Shown in pieces: positions 28,407-40,149 of a stretch of 64,000 bases of DNA; position 1 is the first letter of the stretch, and the number at the start of each line of letters is the position of its first letter. The DNA comes from Kudoa neothunni. Lineage: Eukaryota; Animalia; Cnidaria. The notes under the pieces were generated by a model. That model ran no database searches, had not been told where the DNA came from, and saw only the letters and a list, made by a program, of their open reading frames with translations. The stretch spans positions 3,485,631-3,549,630 of the forward strand of contig OZ199840.1 of NCBI GenBank assembly GCA_964304625.1, in the 5' to 3' direction. A program made the position numbers and the translations under genes.

Positions 28407-31399
28407 ATGTTAGGGTGTGAAATTATCTACTTTTTGTTAGGTATATAATTGGTTTTATTATAATATTAATTCTTAATTTAGTAGTATTTATCTCAAATAA
28501 TGTTAATGCTGTGGACACATCAAGTCCTTCAGCTACAACTACTCCTCCAACAGAAACCCTTTCTTATCGAATTATGAAGGATAGTAATGATAATATAGAC
28601 AAAATTAAAATCAATCTTGGTGGTTCTAATTATGCTACCAACAAAAAGTGCCGATTAATGAGATCAAATGAGGCCGAAATCATAACGGCCGGTACGACAC
28701 CAACAGTAGCCAAGTTTATAGATATCAGCGGTTGTCAAGCCACTGAAAAAACTGGCGCAAGTGATAAATGTGTTGTCGATTGTGACACTAATGTGAATAT
28801 AATCACATACGATATACTTTCTCCGAGAACTAAATACCTATACGTAAATGTGGATGCTTCTACTAATGCTGTTACAGCAACTGGAAAGGAACAAGGCGGA
28901 AAGGTATTCGGATACCCAATACGTAAAATACTTAAACTAATTATATGCAATTAATCAATCAAATTTAGTTTTATTGGCTAATCCTCAAGTCGCCGTAACT
29001 ACAGAGACTACTGCTACCAACCTTAAAATTGAAGCTAAAACTTGGACACATGTGGATTGTCCAATTTATTACAAAGATATTAAATATGTTTCAGGCACTA
29101 AGGGTAGTACTTATAGTGGTGCAAATACATTAAATCAAGTCGAATTTGATTTATTGTTACCACATTACGAAATGAGATGCGAAAATTATCCCAGTTTTTT
29201 CTATGGCATGCCAAATGAGTATATGAAGAAAAATATTGCTATTTATGAACCCCAATATTATATTGTTGCTAAAGGTGATGATAAAATTGGAATTAAATTC
29301 ACCAATACCCCATCATCAGAAATATGTCTCTTCAGTCTTAAAAATGGCCAAACTGGGGAAGGCGCTCAAACTTATACGTCTGTTTGTGGTGGAACCGCTA
29401 AAAGCTGTTATGCCCCTTGTAAAGATGTCGTGTTAGATGGTATTGCAGATAAAAAAATCTACGATATTTTAATCCAAACCAGATATCACGACATAATGGC
29501 CACTGGAGATAAATTAGAGGGATACCAACAGAAAAAATTCGGTAATCGTTTACTTAATATCTTATCTTATTCATTGTCCTAGCTATTTCTGAGCCATCTG
29601 GTGGATCTGAGCCATCTGGTGGATTACTAACAGATTACACCAAGGTGGGTGTTACTATTAATGGTGTCCCCTTCAAAGCAGGTGATAATGAACCAAAATT
29701 TAGCACATGCACTCTCAGACACTACTTTGCTGATAAACCTAAACAAACATCATTAACTGAGACGAAATGTAAAGAAGGCGAGTCACAAGAAACAAATTGC
29801 AAAGATGATTGCAGTAATTACGTGATCCAAGGACTTGCAGCAGGAAAAGCATACATGGTTGAAATTGGTTCTACAGGTATAACGGGCCTGAATGATTTCA
29901 AAGAATATGTATTCATAAGAACGAGTAAGTTATTTAATTCAAGTTTAAATTAATTTCGAACTATAAAGATCATAATACTGAAAAAAACATATCAAACTAC
30001 TGAACCAAACCAAAACAGATACAACCAGCTTCACTTACAGCCGTTGGCGGAACAGCAGAACCGGCAATAACAGATGAACCTACTTGCGAATATTTCGTAA
30101 GTCCTGCAGAGCTGAATAGTTTTTATCCTGCAAAATGTACCAGCAGTAATCCATGTAGAGGATTGTGTAGAGACCAAGTAACAATAGAAGACCTCGAGCC
30201 AAACACACCCTATGATATCAGAGTGATTTTCACATAGAGATTATGCAATTACTGAGTATAAAAAATGTAAAAACAGGTTATTAAACTTAAAATTTACTCT
30301 TTAGATTTTAATTATTTAAACTAGATCTAACAACATTGACGATAACACATAAAATCAAATCAGATGGTTTGATATTGAATGCACAATTATCCGCAGTAAA
30401 TCCAATTGCAACTTGCAGTTATACTGTGAAAGAGAAGAATGGAAACGATTATAAAGACGTTTACACTTGTCCAGAGGTTACGAGAGTCACCACACCAGCT
30501 TCTACGGCAGCACCGAAATCCCCTCAAAAGGTTGCATCAACATTCAGTCGCACAGAATCAAATATTGCTAGAATTGCAGCGTCTACATTATCGGAAGATT
30601 CAACTATCCAACTAGCTGGTATTGCTAATAATATATCCTCAAATTCAAACACTTGTTCATCAAATCCTCTTTGCAGTTCCATTATATTTTCCAGTTATGA
30701 TGCAACAAAGGAGTATAAAATATTAGTTACCGCAATCGGAAAGTCAGCCGAAAAAGACTATATAATGGAACCAAGTATTAAAAAAATTATAATCCTTAAG
30801 AAATCAGTTATAAATTAGATTTATATTAGGTGCACCAAAAGAAAACCCAACTGACTCTGCTAAGTTAATAGTAGTCACTATTACACGCGATGGTGACAAT
30901 TTTATTATAAACTCTCATCTTCCAGCTAGTATGAATGACCGATCAAAATGCAAGTGGGAGTTACGTAACAGTAGTATCAAGTCGAAATGCTATTATAAAA
31001 TCATGCATGGGAGCTGTTGTGGACGGATGCTCTACATTTGAAACCTGTAAAGAATTTCGAATAAATGGTTTGCCCGACGGAAACGATTATCACTTGACTG
31101 TATACAGTGCTAAAGATTCTAAAATTTTTGGTGGCGCTGACATCCAACAGGGTACATTATTTTTTATATAAATAATTAAATTTTATATATCGTAGGAGCG
31201 AAGAGCAGCTCAGGGTGAGATTATTCTTATACTTTGATTTGAATTAACTTTGTTTAGTGGAAAAACAAAGCTAATGTACACATATTTGCATTATTAATAA
31301 ATGAAATAAATTATTTATAGAATAATTATTGTATCGGTTGCAGGAGTCTTGGTGATAGCGATGGTTGGTGTCGTGATAATGAAGAAGAAAAAAGATTAA
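28407..31399 (+). CDS. Type I surface protein with ~6-7 Cys-decorated FN3-like repeats; frameshifted (pseudogene or assembly error)
   Basis: Signal peptide MLGCEIIYFLLVVFISNNVNA; repeats end in FN3-like motifs (YVIQGLAAGKAYMVEI, VTIEDLEPNTPYDIRV, FRINGLPDGNDYHLTV); TM IIIIVSVAGVLVIAMVGVVIM then KKKKD-stop. Stops at 30001 and 30235 and a frame change near 30970. Confidence 0.75.
29588..29623 (+). repeat. Perfect 18-bp tandem duplication encoding SEPSGG x2
   Basis: TCTGAGCCATCTGGTGGA twice, in frame. Confidence 0.9.
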
Positions 31400-32604
31400 T
31401 TGATTTTCATTGAATTTTGGTTATTAACTGATTAAGTTACTTTTAATGAGTTATATTTATATTATTTATACCATTTCAAACTATATGTTACATATAAAAA
31501 TGATATATACTTTATTGAAATTTTGATTTTCTCTTCTATATAATTAAAGGTACGTTATTTCTTACAATATAAATACAATGTTTGCTTTCTTCGGTCGATT
31601 TCTAAAATGACCTACTATATAATATTTATCATTCAAAATAGTATGCATATAGTTAAAATAATTTTCTACTAAACTTTGGTTTATTAATTTATTTAATTTT
31701 CTTCTTCGACTATAATCTATGCACAAATAAAAATATTTTTAAAAAATAAAATACGTATAGATGATTAAATTAATTAAGAATACTTTTTAATATTTAGGGG
31801 GAGTTTATTTATAATTTTTTTTATTCTGTATTTAAATAAGCATATAAAAATAGTTAACTACCGCATGCTCATTTGAACAAATTATCTAATAATAAATTTT
31901 GCTAAAACTTTTAAATTTACTTCAAAATCGAAATTAGACCATATTTATATAGTTATTTATAGTAAATATAATTTTCGTAAATATTTTAAACAAAAATGCA
32001 ATCCAGAAAATTTATTGTTTGTTCGCCTGCAAGAATATGTTTATTATATTCTTATCAACTTTAACTCTTAAAACTTAAGTATACCAAATAGACGATGGAG
32101 ACGAGAAAATAAAAATGAATTGTATCTGTAATTAGATAATTAGATTTTTCGGATTGACGTAATTAAATCTCATCACGTAGATTGTTTTATTTTCTAACTG
32201 TAAAATTTCAAAATTTCCCGTCTTTCGTATTTTCTCATTCAATAATGAGGAAAAGAAGGATTTTCAATGATATATTTGAATTATTAAATTTATTTCCTTT
32301 ATATAATGAAATATGTGCTCCGAAAAATGTTGAAATTAATTAAAATCTTCATTAAATTTTTTATTAATTGATTTTCGATACTTTAGAAATGATTTTTTAT
32401 AAAATATAATGAATTTTTCTGCATTATGATCATGTCACATCACATTGGGAAAAAAGTAAAAAAAGATATTTGAGATTATGAATGATCATCAGTTGCGCTC
32501 ATAAAACCCAAATTGAAAATACAAAAGATATATCCAGATCTCTGTTAAACAATATAGTTGGATGCAGTTACCAGATAATCTTAAACTTTCGGAATTTGTG
32601 CTGT

Positions 32605-33311
32605 TTAATATAAGTAATAATATGTTTTCTGAGCTGGTGGTTGTTGTTCGGTGTCGTTGGTTTTTCTTCGATCACCTATATAAAATAAAACTATGTACAA
32701 GTGTGTAATCAAATAAAAACATACGTAAATTATTGTCATTAATTTGTTTCTGATGTTTTTTCCACAACACCACTCCAGTTGTCGCCAATAATATTGCCAT
32801 AATAATACCACAAGTTACTGCAATGGAGATCATTATTATTTTTATCTTTTTCCATCTTTTTCTTTGTGATACCAGGATGTCTTCAGAATCGTCTGTATAT
32901 CATTATTGTTATAATAAGAATCATAAATGTTAAGGTTATATCGTTAAGATTACTTTGGTCATAATCACAACATTGTGTTAGAGCATAGACACTCACTCCT
33001 TGAGGGATGTTTGCGCCGCATTCCAACTCTTGACACACTTCTTCGTTACTAGAGAGGCACAAACACATCCTACAATTTTGTATGTAATTCGGAATGTAGA
33101 ATTCTCCCTCAAAGACCAAATAGCCATCAGGTTCTCGACACGTATACGCTCCTGGAGGTATTACTGTAGGGTGCAGATATTCAAGTGTTTCTATGAAATC
33201 TTCATACAATTTAACAGCTATAATAGTAATTAAACGAATTCACGTTAAAATAAAGATACTGGATAAATTAATCAGTCCAATGAAACATATGAACCTGATC
33301 ATGGCGTTCAT
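32605..33311 (-). CDS. DGCR2-like membrane protein: signal peptide, 8-Cys VWC-like domain, TM, short Tyr-rich tail without PPxY (array member 5)
   Basis: MNAMIRFICFIGLINLS|..TCREPDGYLVFEGEFYIPNYIQNCRMCLC..C..C..SVYALTQCC|..IIMISIAVTCGIIMAILLATTGVVLW..|..QQPPAQKTYYYLY-stop; phase-1 introns. Confidence 0.85.
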
Positions 33312-34648
33312 AATTTGTTTTTAATTAACGCCCTAGTGTATCTTTATGCAGTTTTATGAATGGAACAGATTAGAATAAGAGTTTTATACGTATAAATCCT
33401 ACAAAAACTTCTAATTCATTCGAATTACAAATAAAAAATGTATTTTTTTATTCATTGAAACACTAAATGTAGATTGGTTCTTTCAAATTTTTCAGAATAT
33501 AAACTCCACAATATAAGGTTATATCAAGTGAAAATTGAAAGATTTTTGTATTTTAAAGATGAATCATATATAATATTATATCATATTTAATATGTGAAGT
33601 TCATCTCTGAATTTGAACGAAAAACAACCTCTGTTTCGACCACGCATTTCGTTCACATTCTTGTTAGATATTTTTCTGGTTCAATATAAACCGATCTAAC
33701 CCCCTAATATAAACCAAGCGTGCAATACATAATTGTGTTTATCTACTTCTCAAAGTAACAATTGAAAGAGATTATTTTTCTACAACTGTCGTTAGGGGGT
33801 TTTTATAGTACCGTTTAAAATACTGGTTTAGACTCGAATAAATCAACAATTAAAGAGCTCTCAACTCACTTATAATTTCATAATTCTCCATTTCCCAGCG
33901 AATTACTTCATTATCCTTGATATTTGTTTGTTGTGATTATTTGGAGCAAATCAATGAATTAGTTAATAAAGGATTGCGTAATCGCTTTATTAGCAAAGTA
34001 CGAAATTGATTTAACTCATTACACTTGTAGAAAATAAATATTTTTTATTTATTTTAATTAGATATTAGTTGTTATAAAGTAATAAATAATTAAAACCTAG
34101 AATAAATGGTTTTGAGAAACAATATAATTTTTGGGATAACTCTTATAAAAAAGTGACTATTCCCGTAAATCCATCTAATCGCATGTCACCAGTTTTGACT
34201 TTATTTAATTAAAACACATAACAGATTTTACTTAATCTTCCGATGACCTGGAAAAGTGAATAAAAATGCGTCACTGACGCACTTTAAGCAACTATCCGTG
34301 CTCAATATATAAAATACGGATATTTCAAATAAACTGTTATCATCTTATTAATTATAAACAATAATTTTGTCGAAATAATATTAAATCTTTATTTTCAAAA
34401 TATGTGTGTTGATTTTATGATCTAACAACATTATTTAATGCAGACAATCGATTTCTCTTTCTATCGTATATTTTATCTGTAGGTATTAACATTTAATTAC
34501 AACTTTTGATGATATAAATTCGATTGTCACCTCTTCAACTTTTGTTTCAACATTAGCGGATTCAATTATTAAAGAACTAGGTTCGTCAAAGTTTTTAATG
34601 TAGGCGTATGGTTATCTCTTGAATCAACTCAAGAGTCTCAACTAGCTT

Positions 34649-35160
34649 GGACAATATGGCATAGTGGTGTTAGGTCTAGATCGCACACCCTGAGGTTGCA
34701 AGTTCGAAGTCTATTCCGGGCATTCCTGTACCCCTACCCCTAATCCGAGATTAAGTAGGAAGGCCGTAGTAACCTAATCGCAAGGATCCATGATTTACCG
34801 TGGCTTTGCTTTCAGCTGGGAGGGGAGCCTGGTGGAAGGGTAGAACTTGGGTGCTCATAAACGCCTGGGTACAGGAGGGAAATAAAACCCAGTAGGGGTT
34901 TCCGTAAAGCCGATACCCGTATTCAGACGACTTTCCTAGACTAATTCTGTATTAATCCAGGGTATGGTTGGGGTGGTTAACTCCGAAGCGAGGATGTTTA
35001 ATGGGTTAAAATCCCACAATATCGCATAAACGTAAGTCGCTTTAATATTTAATATGACGCTGCGATGCCTAAAACGTAAATGGAGAAGGACTAATCTAAT
35101 CTGCCCGAACTTCACAACCTAACAAGTTGCACCAGGGGTTTGATCTTGTAAACAAAAAAA
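34649..35160 (+). mobile_element. tRNA-headed SINE-like element with structured body
   Basis: GC-rich island; Pol III A-box TGGCATAGTGG (34657) and B-box-like AGTTCGAAGTC (34701); several internal helices; A-rich end; no clear TSD. Confidence 0.6.
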
Positions 35161-35618
35161 TCGAAAATTTCAGTTGTGAAGTCATTACTTCTCAATTGAC
35201 ATTTTAGGAGTTCTCATATTCGTCTACTCTAAGAATATTATTTTCTGACATAGTTAAATAGAGTGTCCTTAAGATTACTCCCCTTATAAAAACTTGAAAC
35301 ATCTAAGATTCTACCTTCAATGAGAGAAACATATTTCTAAAAATTCACCAATTTAAGAACACTGGAATCATCAAATGAAAACTTGTATCCCATTCACTAT
35401 AACTTGGGGTTCGGTCCGTCCACCGTACCGTTACAAAGTGAAATGCTTAGAATATAATAAAACTTATATAAAGCAAGAATATATTTTATACACTTGCTAT
35501 CTTAAAATTTACGTAAAAAACTAGTTGATTGCATGTTTTAAATATAAATGAAAACATTTTAAGCCGGTGAGCGCGAGTAATCAATATTCATAATTACAAT
35601 AAATCATAGAAAATCGAT

Positions 35619-36115
35619 TTAAAAACATTCAACAAGTGATTCATATGATGGCGGTTCAGATTCTGAGAGTGTGCTGAAATAGTGGTATGTTGAAGTACTT
35701 TCATTAGCGTCAAATTCAGGTGGGTTTGGTTGATCTTTGATTTTCAGTCCAACAACTCGATCATTTGAGGAGTATACAATTTCGCATGGAACCACAGATT
35801 CGTTCGCTAAACCAAAAATATAGGTTTAAAAAATACCTGTAGTCTACAATGAGTTATGTTACGTCTGATAGGAAACGGATAACCCAAGTTCACTGTTCCA
35901 GCACGATTTGAAAATGGTGAACTGGAATCTGATGACCTGCTGTGGTAGCATTTGATTGAATAGTACAATATCATTGGGGCCAGTATCATCGCAACAGCTA
36001 CCAACACTACGAATCCGAATCCATTGTCTACACTGTACATTTCCTCATATCCTGAGAGAAAGGTTTCCAGTTGAATATGTTTCAAGGTTGGATAAAATTT
36101 TTCGGTTCTATGCAT
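35619..36115 (-). CDS. Single-pass membrane protein with PPSY tail and no Cys-rich ectodomain (probable array member 6)
   Basis: TM FGFVVLVAVAMILAPMILYYSI; last exon reads ..PNPPEF..SEPPSYESLVECF-stop; splice phase of the last intron unresolved. Confidence 0.55.
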
Positions 36116-37899
36116 AAATGGAGGTGAAAATAGTTATCACAATAAACGTCATAACTTGAATGTGATTACGTCATTATCGATATTCATATGAAATATGACA
36201 TCGCTATTACCCAATCTAGTTACACCAATGTGACATCGTTTTCTATTAGCTAATATGAATCCGCAACGTGATTTGTGCGTTAAAAGAATAAAAACATTGT
36301 TCCGCGATATTACCCATCCAAGTTATATGAAAAATATTTTCAGAAATCAGTCATCAATAAATTTTTATTTATAGAGTATATCCTCAGAAATATATGACGC
36401 ACCCAATACGTATATTTCGTCAATAGTTGTTGATGTTTGAAAAATTTATAATTAACTTGCGTCATCTACTAACATTAACTTTTTTGGGATTCATGAACAA
36501 TCAATTTCAGAATATTTTTTGTTGGTGTACTCACCGTGAAATAGATAACCGTTAGTAGTGTATAACCCAATTCTAATCTAGATACATATAGCCCTTCTCT
36601 GACACCCTCCGCGACCATTGCGTTTGTACCTTAAGAAGTTCAAGACGTTATTCAAAACTAGACAACAAAGTTTCAAGGAACTTAATTCTAAAAATTCGTA
36701 ATTTAGAAAAACTGTTAGAGAAAATAATATGATAGGTTTAGTATTTGATAAGAAAAATGATTTATTTTATCTAAAAATGAGTTTGAATTGTTCTGAAAAA
36801 ATTAATGGAAGAAATATTTTTCATATTTTTAAATAAAAATATTAGAGCACGGCGAATCTCCACAATAAATTGGTTTATTAATGGAAATAAATAATTTTTG
36901 TGCCGTCCAAATTTCTTGTCATTAACCTTCTAAGGAAAATGCGACAGATTTCTATCCCATTATTATTTGGAGGGTGGAAATTTTTCAGCCACTGAAAAGG
37001 TTAATGATGTTAAATTTTGGCAACAATTTTAAATTATCGATAATTTCACATAAACAAGTCTTAAGTCTATTAGGCAATAATGCAAAATATCCATATTATC
37101 GTCTGAGATCTGGAATATACGGGACTGAAAAGTCTCTTAGACACATCCAAAAATAATACATTAATCCCTTCAATTTACTCCTAAATGGGGTAAAATTATA
37201 ATATTTTAAAGTAATATCATGCTGAACATTGTTAAAAATGAAATAAAGGATAATATCATTTTAGAAGAGCATAAAAAATAGAAAAATCTGTATACATTAA
37301 TTTATAAAACGATATTTGTTAACTTCTCCGGGACAATGCGAGGTCATTAACGAATTCAACCTGCTCATTTTTTATTTTATCATGTATGTTTTGATCTCTC
37401 CTGCTGTTAATTTTCCTTTTTCACTCTTAATATCTGTTAGCGTTTTTTAAAATAATAATTAATTTATAAATTAGTAATGATTCTTATTTTTTGGTTTAAG
37501 TACAGCATTATTTTTAAATTTTATCAAATTTAAAGAATAATAAATTTACACTTTAATATCATCATAATTAATAATCCACTAATATTATTAAAATATATGA
37601 ATAGGAAGTTGAAATCATCATATTTCTAACCTAAATAACATTTACAATTGCGCGGATGTTCATTTTCAATTTGGACATTACCTAATTTTCATTTATACAT
37701 AACGATTATTTTTTAAAAATTTCTATACTTAATTAATTTTATCCCTTCGTTATCCTTATTATGGACTGGAAATAATCAGTCATAGCCAAACCAATAATCA
37801 ACTGGATATTAGGATCCGTTTCAATCGCCACTTTGGTTTTTACACAGCAAACCCAGATCAATACCAACATGTTTTGAGGACTACGAGAGGATTAAATAT

Positions 37900-39650
37900 A
37901 ATAAGTAATGGATTTGTCATTGGAATTCACTTTTATTTTGATAGTGTGCAAAAATAGGTATGATTCTAATGTGAATATTTTCTATGGATTACGTATAATG
38001 ACAACTGAGATGATTAAATAAATGATTGTCTCAAATATGAAAATATCGAGAACGATTTAGAACTTGAAGGAGATTTGTCGGATGTTTCTTCATACAATGA
38101 TATTTCTGAGTCATTAATTAGATGCGACCATTAAAATTTCCATCTCTGTCAGAACTTGAGTGGGAATTGGCGGAAGGAACCAAAACAGAAACCAGCTTTC
38201 ATAATAAAATGAATATTAAACCTGATCTTATATAAAGTTCCTAATGAAAATTTAATTCAATAACAGATTGTCTAACGCTCATTTTTGTAGATCTAATTAC
38301 GTAAAAAATGGTAAGTTACACTATAACTATTGGACAAAAAACTTGAGATAGATGAACAAAAATCAATTTTTATGAATAAGCTTAAAACTTTTTAAGGTGT
38401 ATTGATGGCATCTGATAGATACGGGAAGAGAAAGTTATCTTTTAATAAATTTGGAGCACGAATTTCACGTTTAAGCAATATTTTTATCCAACTCCTCCAC
38501 TAACAGTATCAGTTTAATTTGATTTATCTTACTTTTCAAATCAATAAAAAGAAACTTGTTTATTGAGGATACGCGATCCTGAAGATAATCTAGGAGCTGT
38601 TCGCCAAAATTATTCGTCTGGAATGTTCGTAAACGTTGATCAGCGGATGGTCATTTTTTAAAACAATTGTCCTTTTCATATCTTCACCAATGATAACCTC
38701 GAATGTTATGGCATGAAAATAAGGATGGAAGCCGATGTAAAAAACTCTTTTCTACTAAGAATTTAACCATATCTGAGAAACGTTGGGGGTAGAAGAGAAA
38801 TCAAACAAAGAATAACGGGAATAAAGGACTTAATTGACCCTACTAAGGAACGTGCCGTGGGTTGGTTACGAGCAATTTTTTACTTCGGTTACTCTAGAAT
38901 TATTTCTATTAGAAAAAAATGCCATCGTGACGAATTATCTAAGGCGAAATAATACTTCTTTCCATAAAAATCTAGATTTTAAAGGAAGTCAAGAGTTATC
39001 TTAAGTTTTTTGTTATTTTGGCCATATTATCCTAGTTTTGTATCTCCCTAAAAAATTGAAATATTCTACTGCCATTTGCCAAGTATAATGACTCAGAAGT
39101 CGAAACAGAGATAGAAAGGAAACACAAATTATAATCCATTAGAACCAACCGAAGGATGATGTATATAATGAGTAGCAATAGCCTAAATTATACTAATGTG
39201 CATGCTCTAACAGAAGATGGTCTTTTTTCAAACTGATTGAAACTGATACATTAAATTCGTTCACGATATAAATTGGAAAATATCCATATTGAAGAAAACG
39301 TGATTTTAACCACAGGAATAATTTCATTCGAGAGTCGGCTACATAGATTGGTCACGATGAGAACTTTAATTCGACAAAATTAACTTAATCATCTTAACAC
39401 TCATTAAAAGAGAGGTTTTAAAATCTTTAATAAGTGATTTCGAATTCATCTAATTAATGTTTATTCAGAAACAGAGCTGTTCGTTAATAGAAATTGTTGT
39501 TATTTAACGCCAAAGGAAAAATTATAGGAAGATGGAAATCCAATGTGACAATTATGAAAAATACGTTTTGCATAAATATAAAAAACTTTCTATACATTGT
39601 GTATTGTAGAAAATTTATATTAGTTTTTGTCTGAAAGCTTATACGTTATG
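37900..39650 (+). pseudogene. Highly decayed piggyBac transposase relic
   Basis: ~38635-38900 reads VDQRMVIF*NNCPFHIF..YGMKIRMEADVKNSF..PYL..FFTSVTL, matching the piggyBac DEQ..YGIK..DNFFTS blocks; many stops; boundaries approximate. Confidence 0.65.
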
Positions 39651-40149
39651 TAATTATTTTTTGTTTTCTTCATATAAACCTATATTTTGGCCTGTTAGTA
39701 TTGATTATACAAATTAGGATTTTAAATATTAATTTTCTGCTTAAGTGAAGATTTTTAATGCTACATTTATGATGTAAAATTATAAGAAACGATGATTTAA
39801 TTCTACATCAAAATAATATCAGCCCAAATATTTTTATTATAATTTAACGCTCCAAGTAAACTAAGGTGTGTTTCCACCCCAAATGATTATTGATTATTGG
39901 GGTAATTTTTATCATCATAAAAATGAATAATATAATTCACGTTTCTACTAATCTTCTATACTTACGCAATTTATAATAATCGGAAACAAAATTTTATTTT
40001 TTATCAAAATAATTAACTCCACAACCACCTCAAAATATAATCAGGGTGTATCAACGTACCAACATCACAAATTTTTTGGATAAATCGTTAAATAACTTTT
40101 CAGATAACAAAAACTAATTTAACATAGTTAACTCGAATGAGAGAAATGT

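Noticed and set aside
34649-34722. Functional tRNA gene
   Set aside because: Has A/B boxes but no convincing acceptor or anticodon stems; better explained as a SINE head.
34757-34935. RNase P RNA (GGAAGGCCGTAG and ATTCAGACGA resemble CR-I/CR-V)
   Set aside because: The two segments are not complementary, so helix P4 cannot form.
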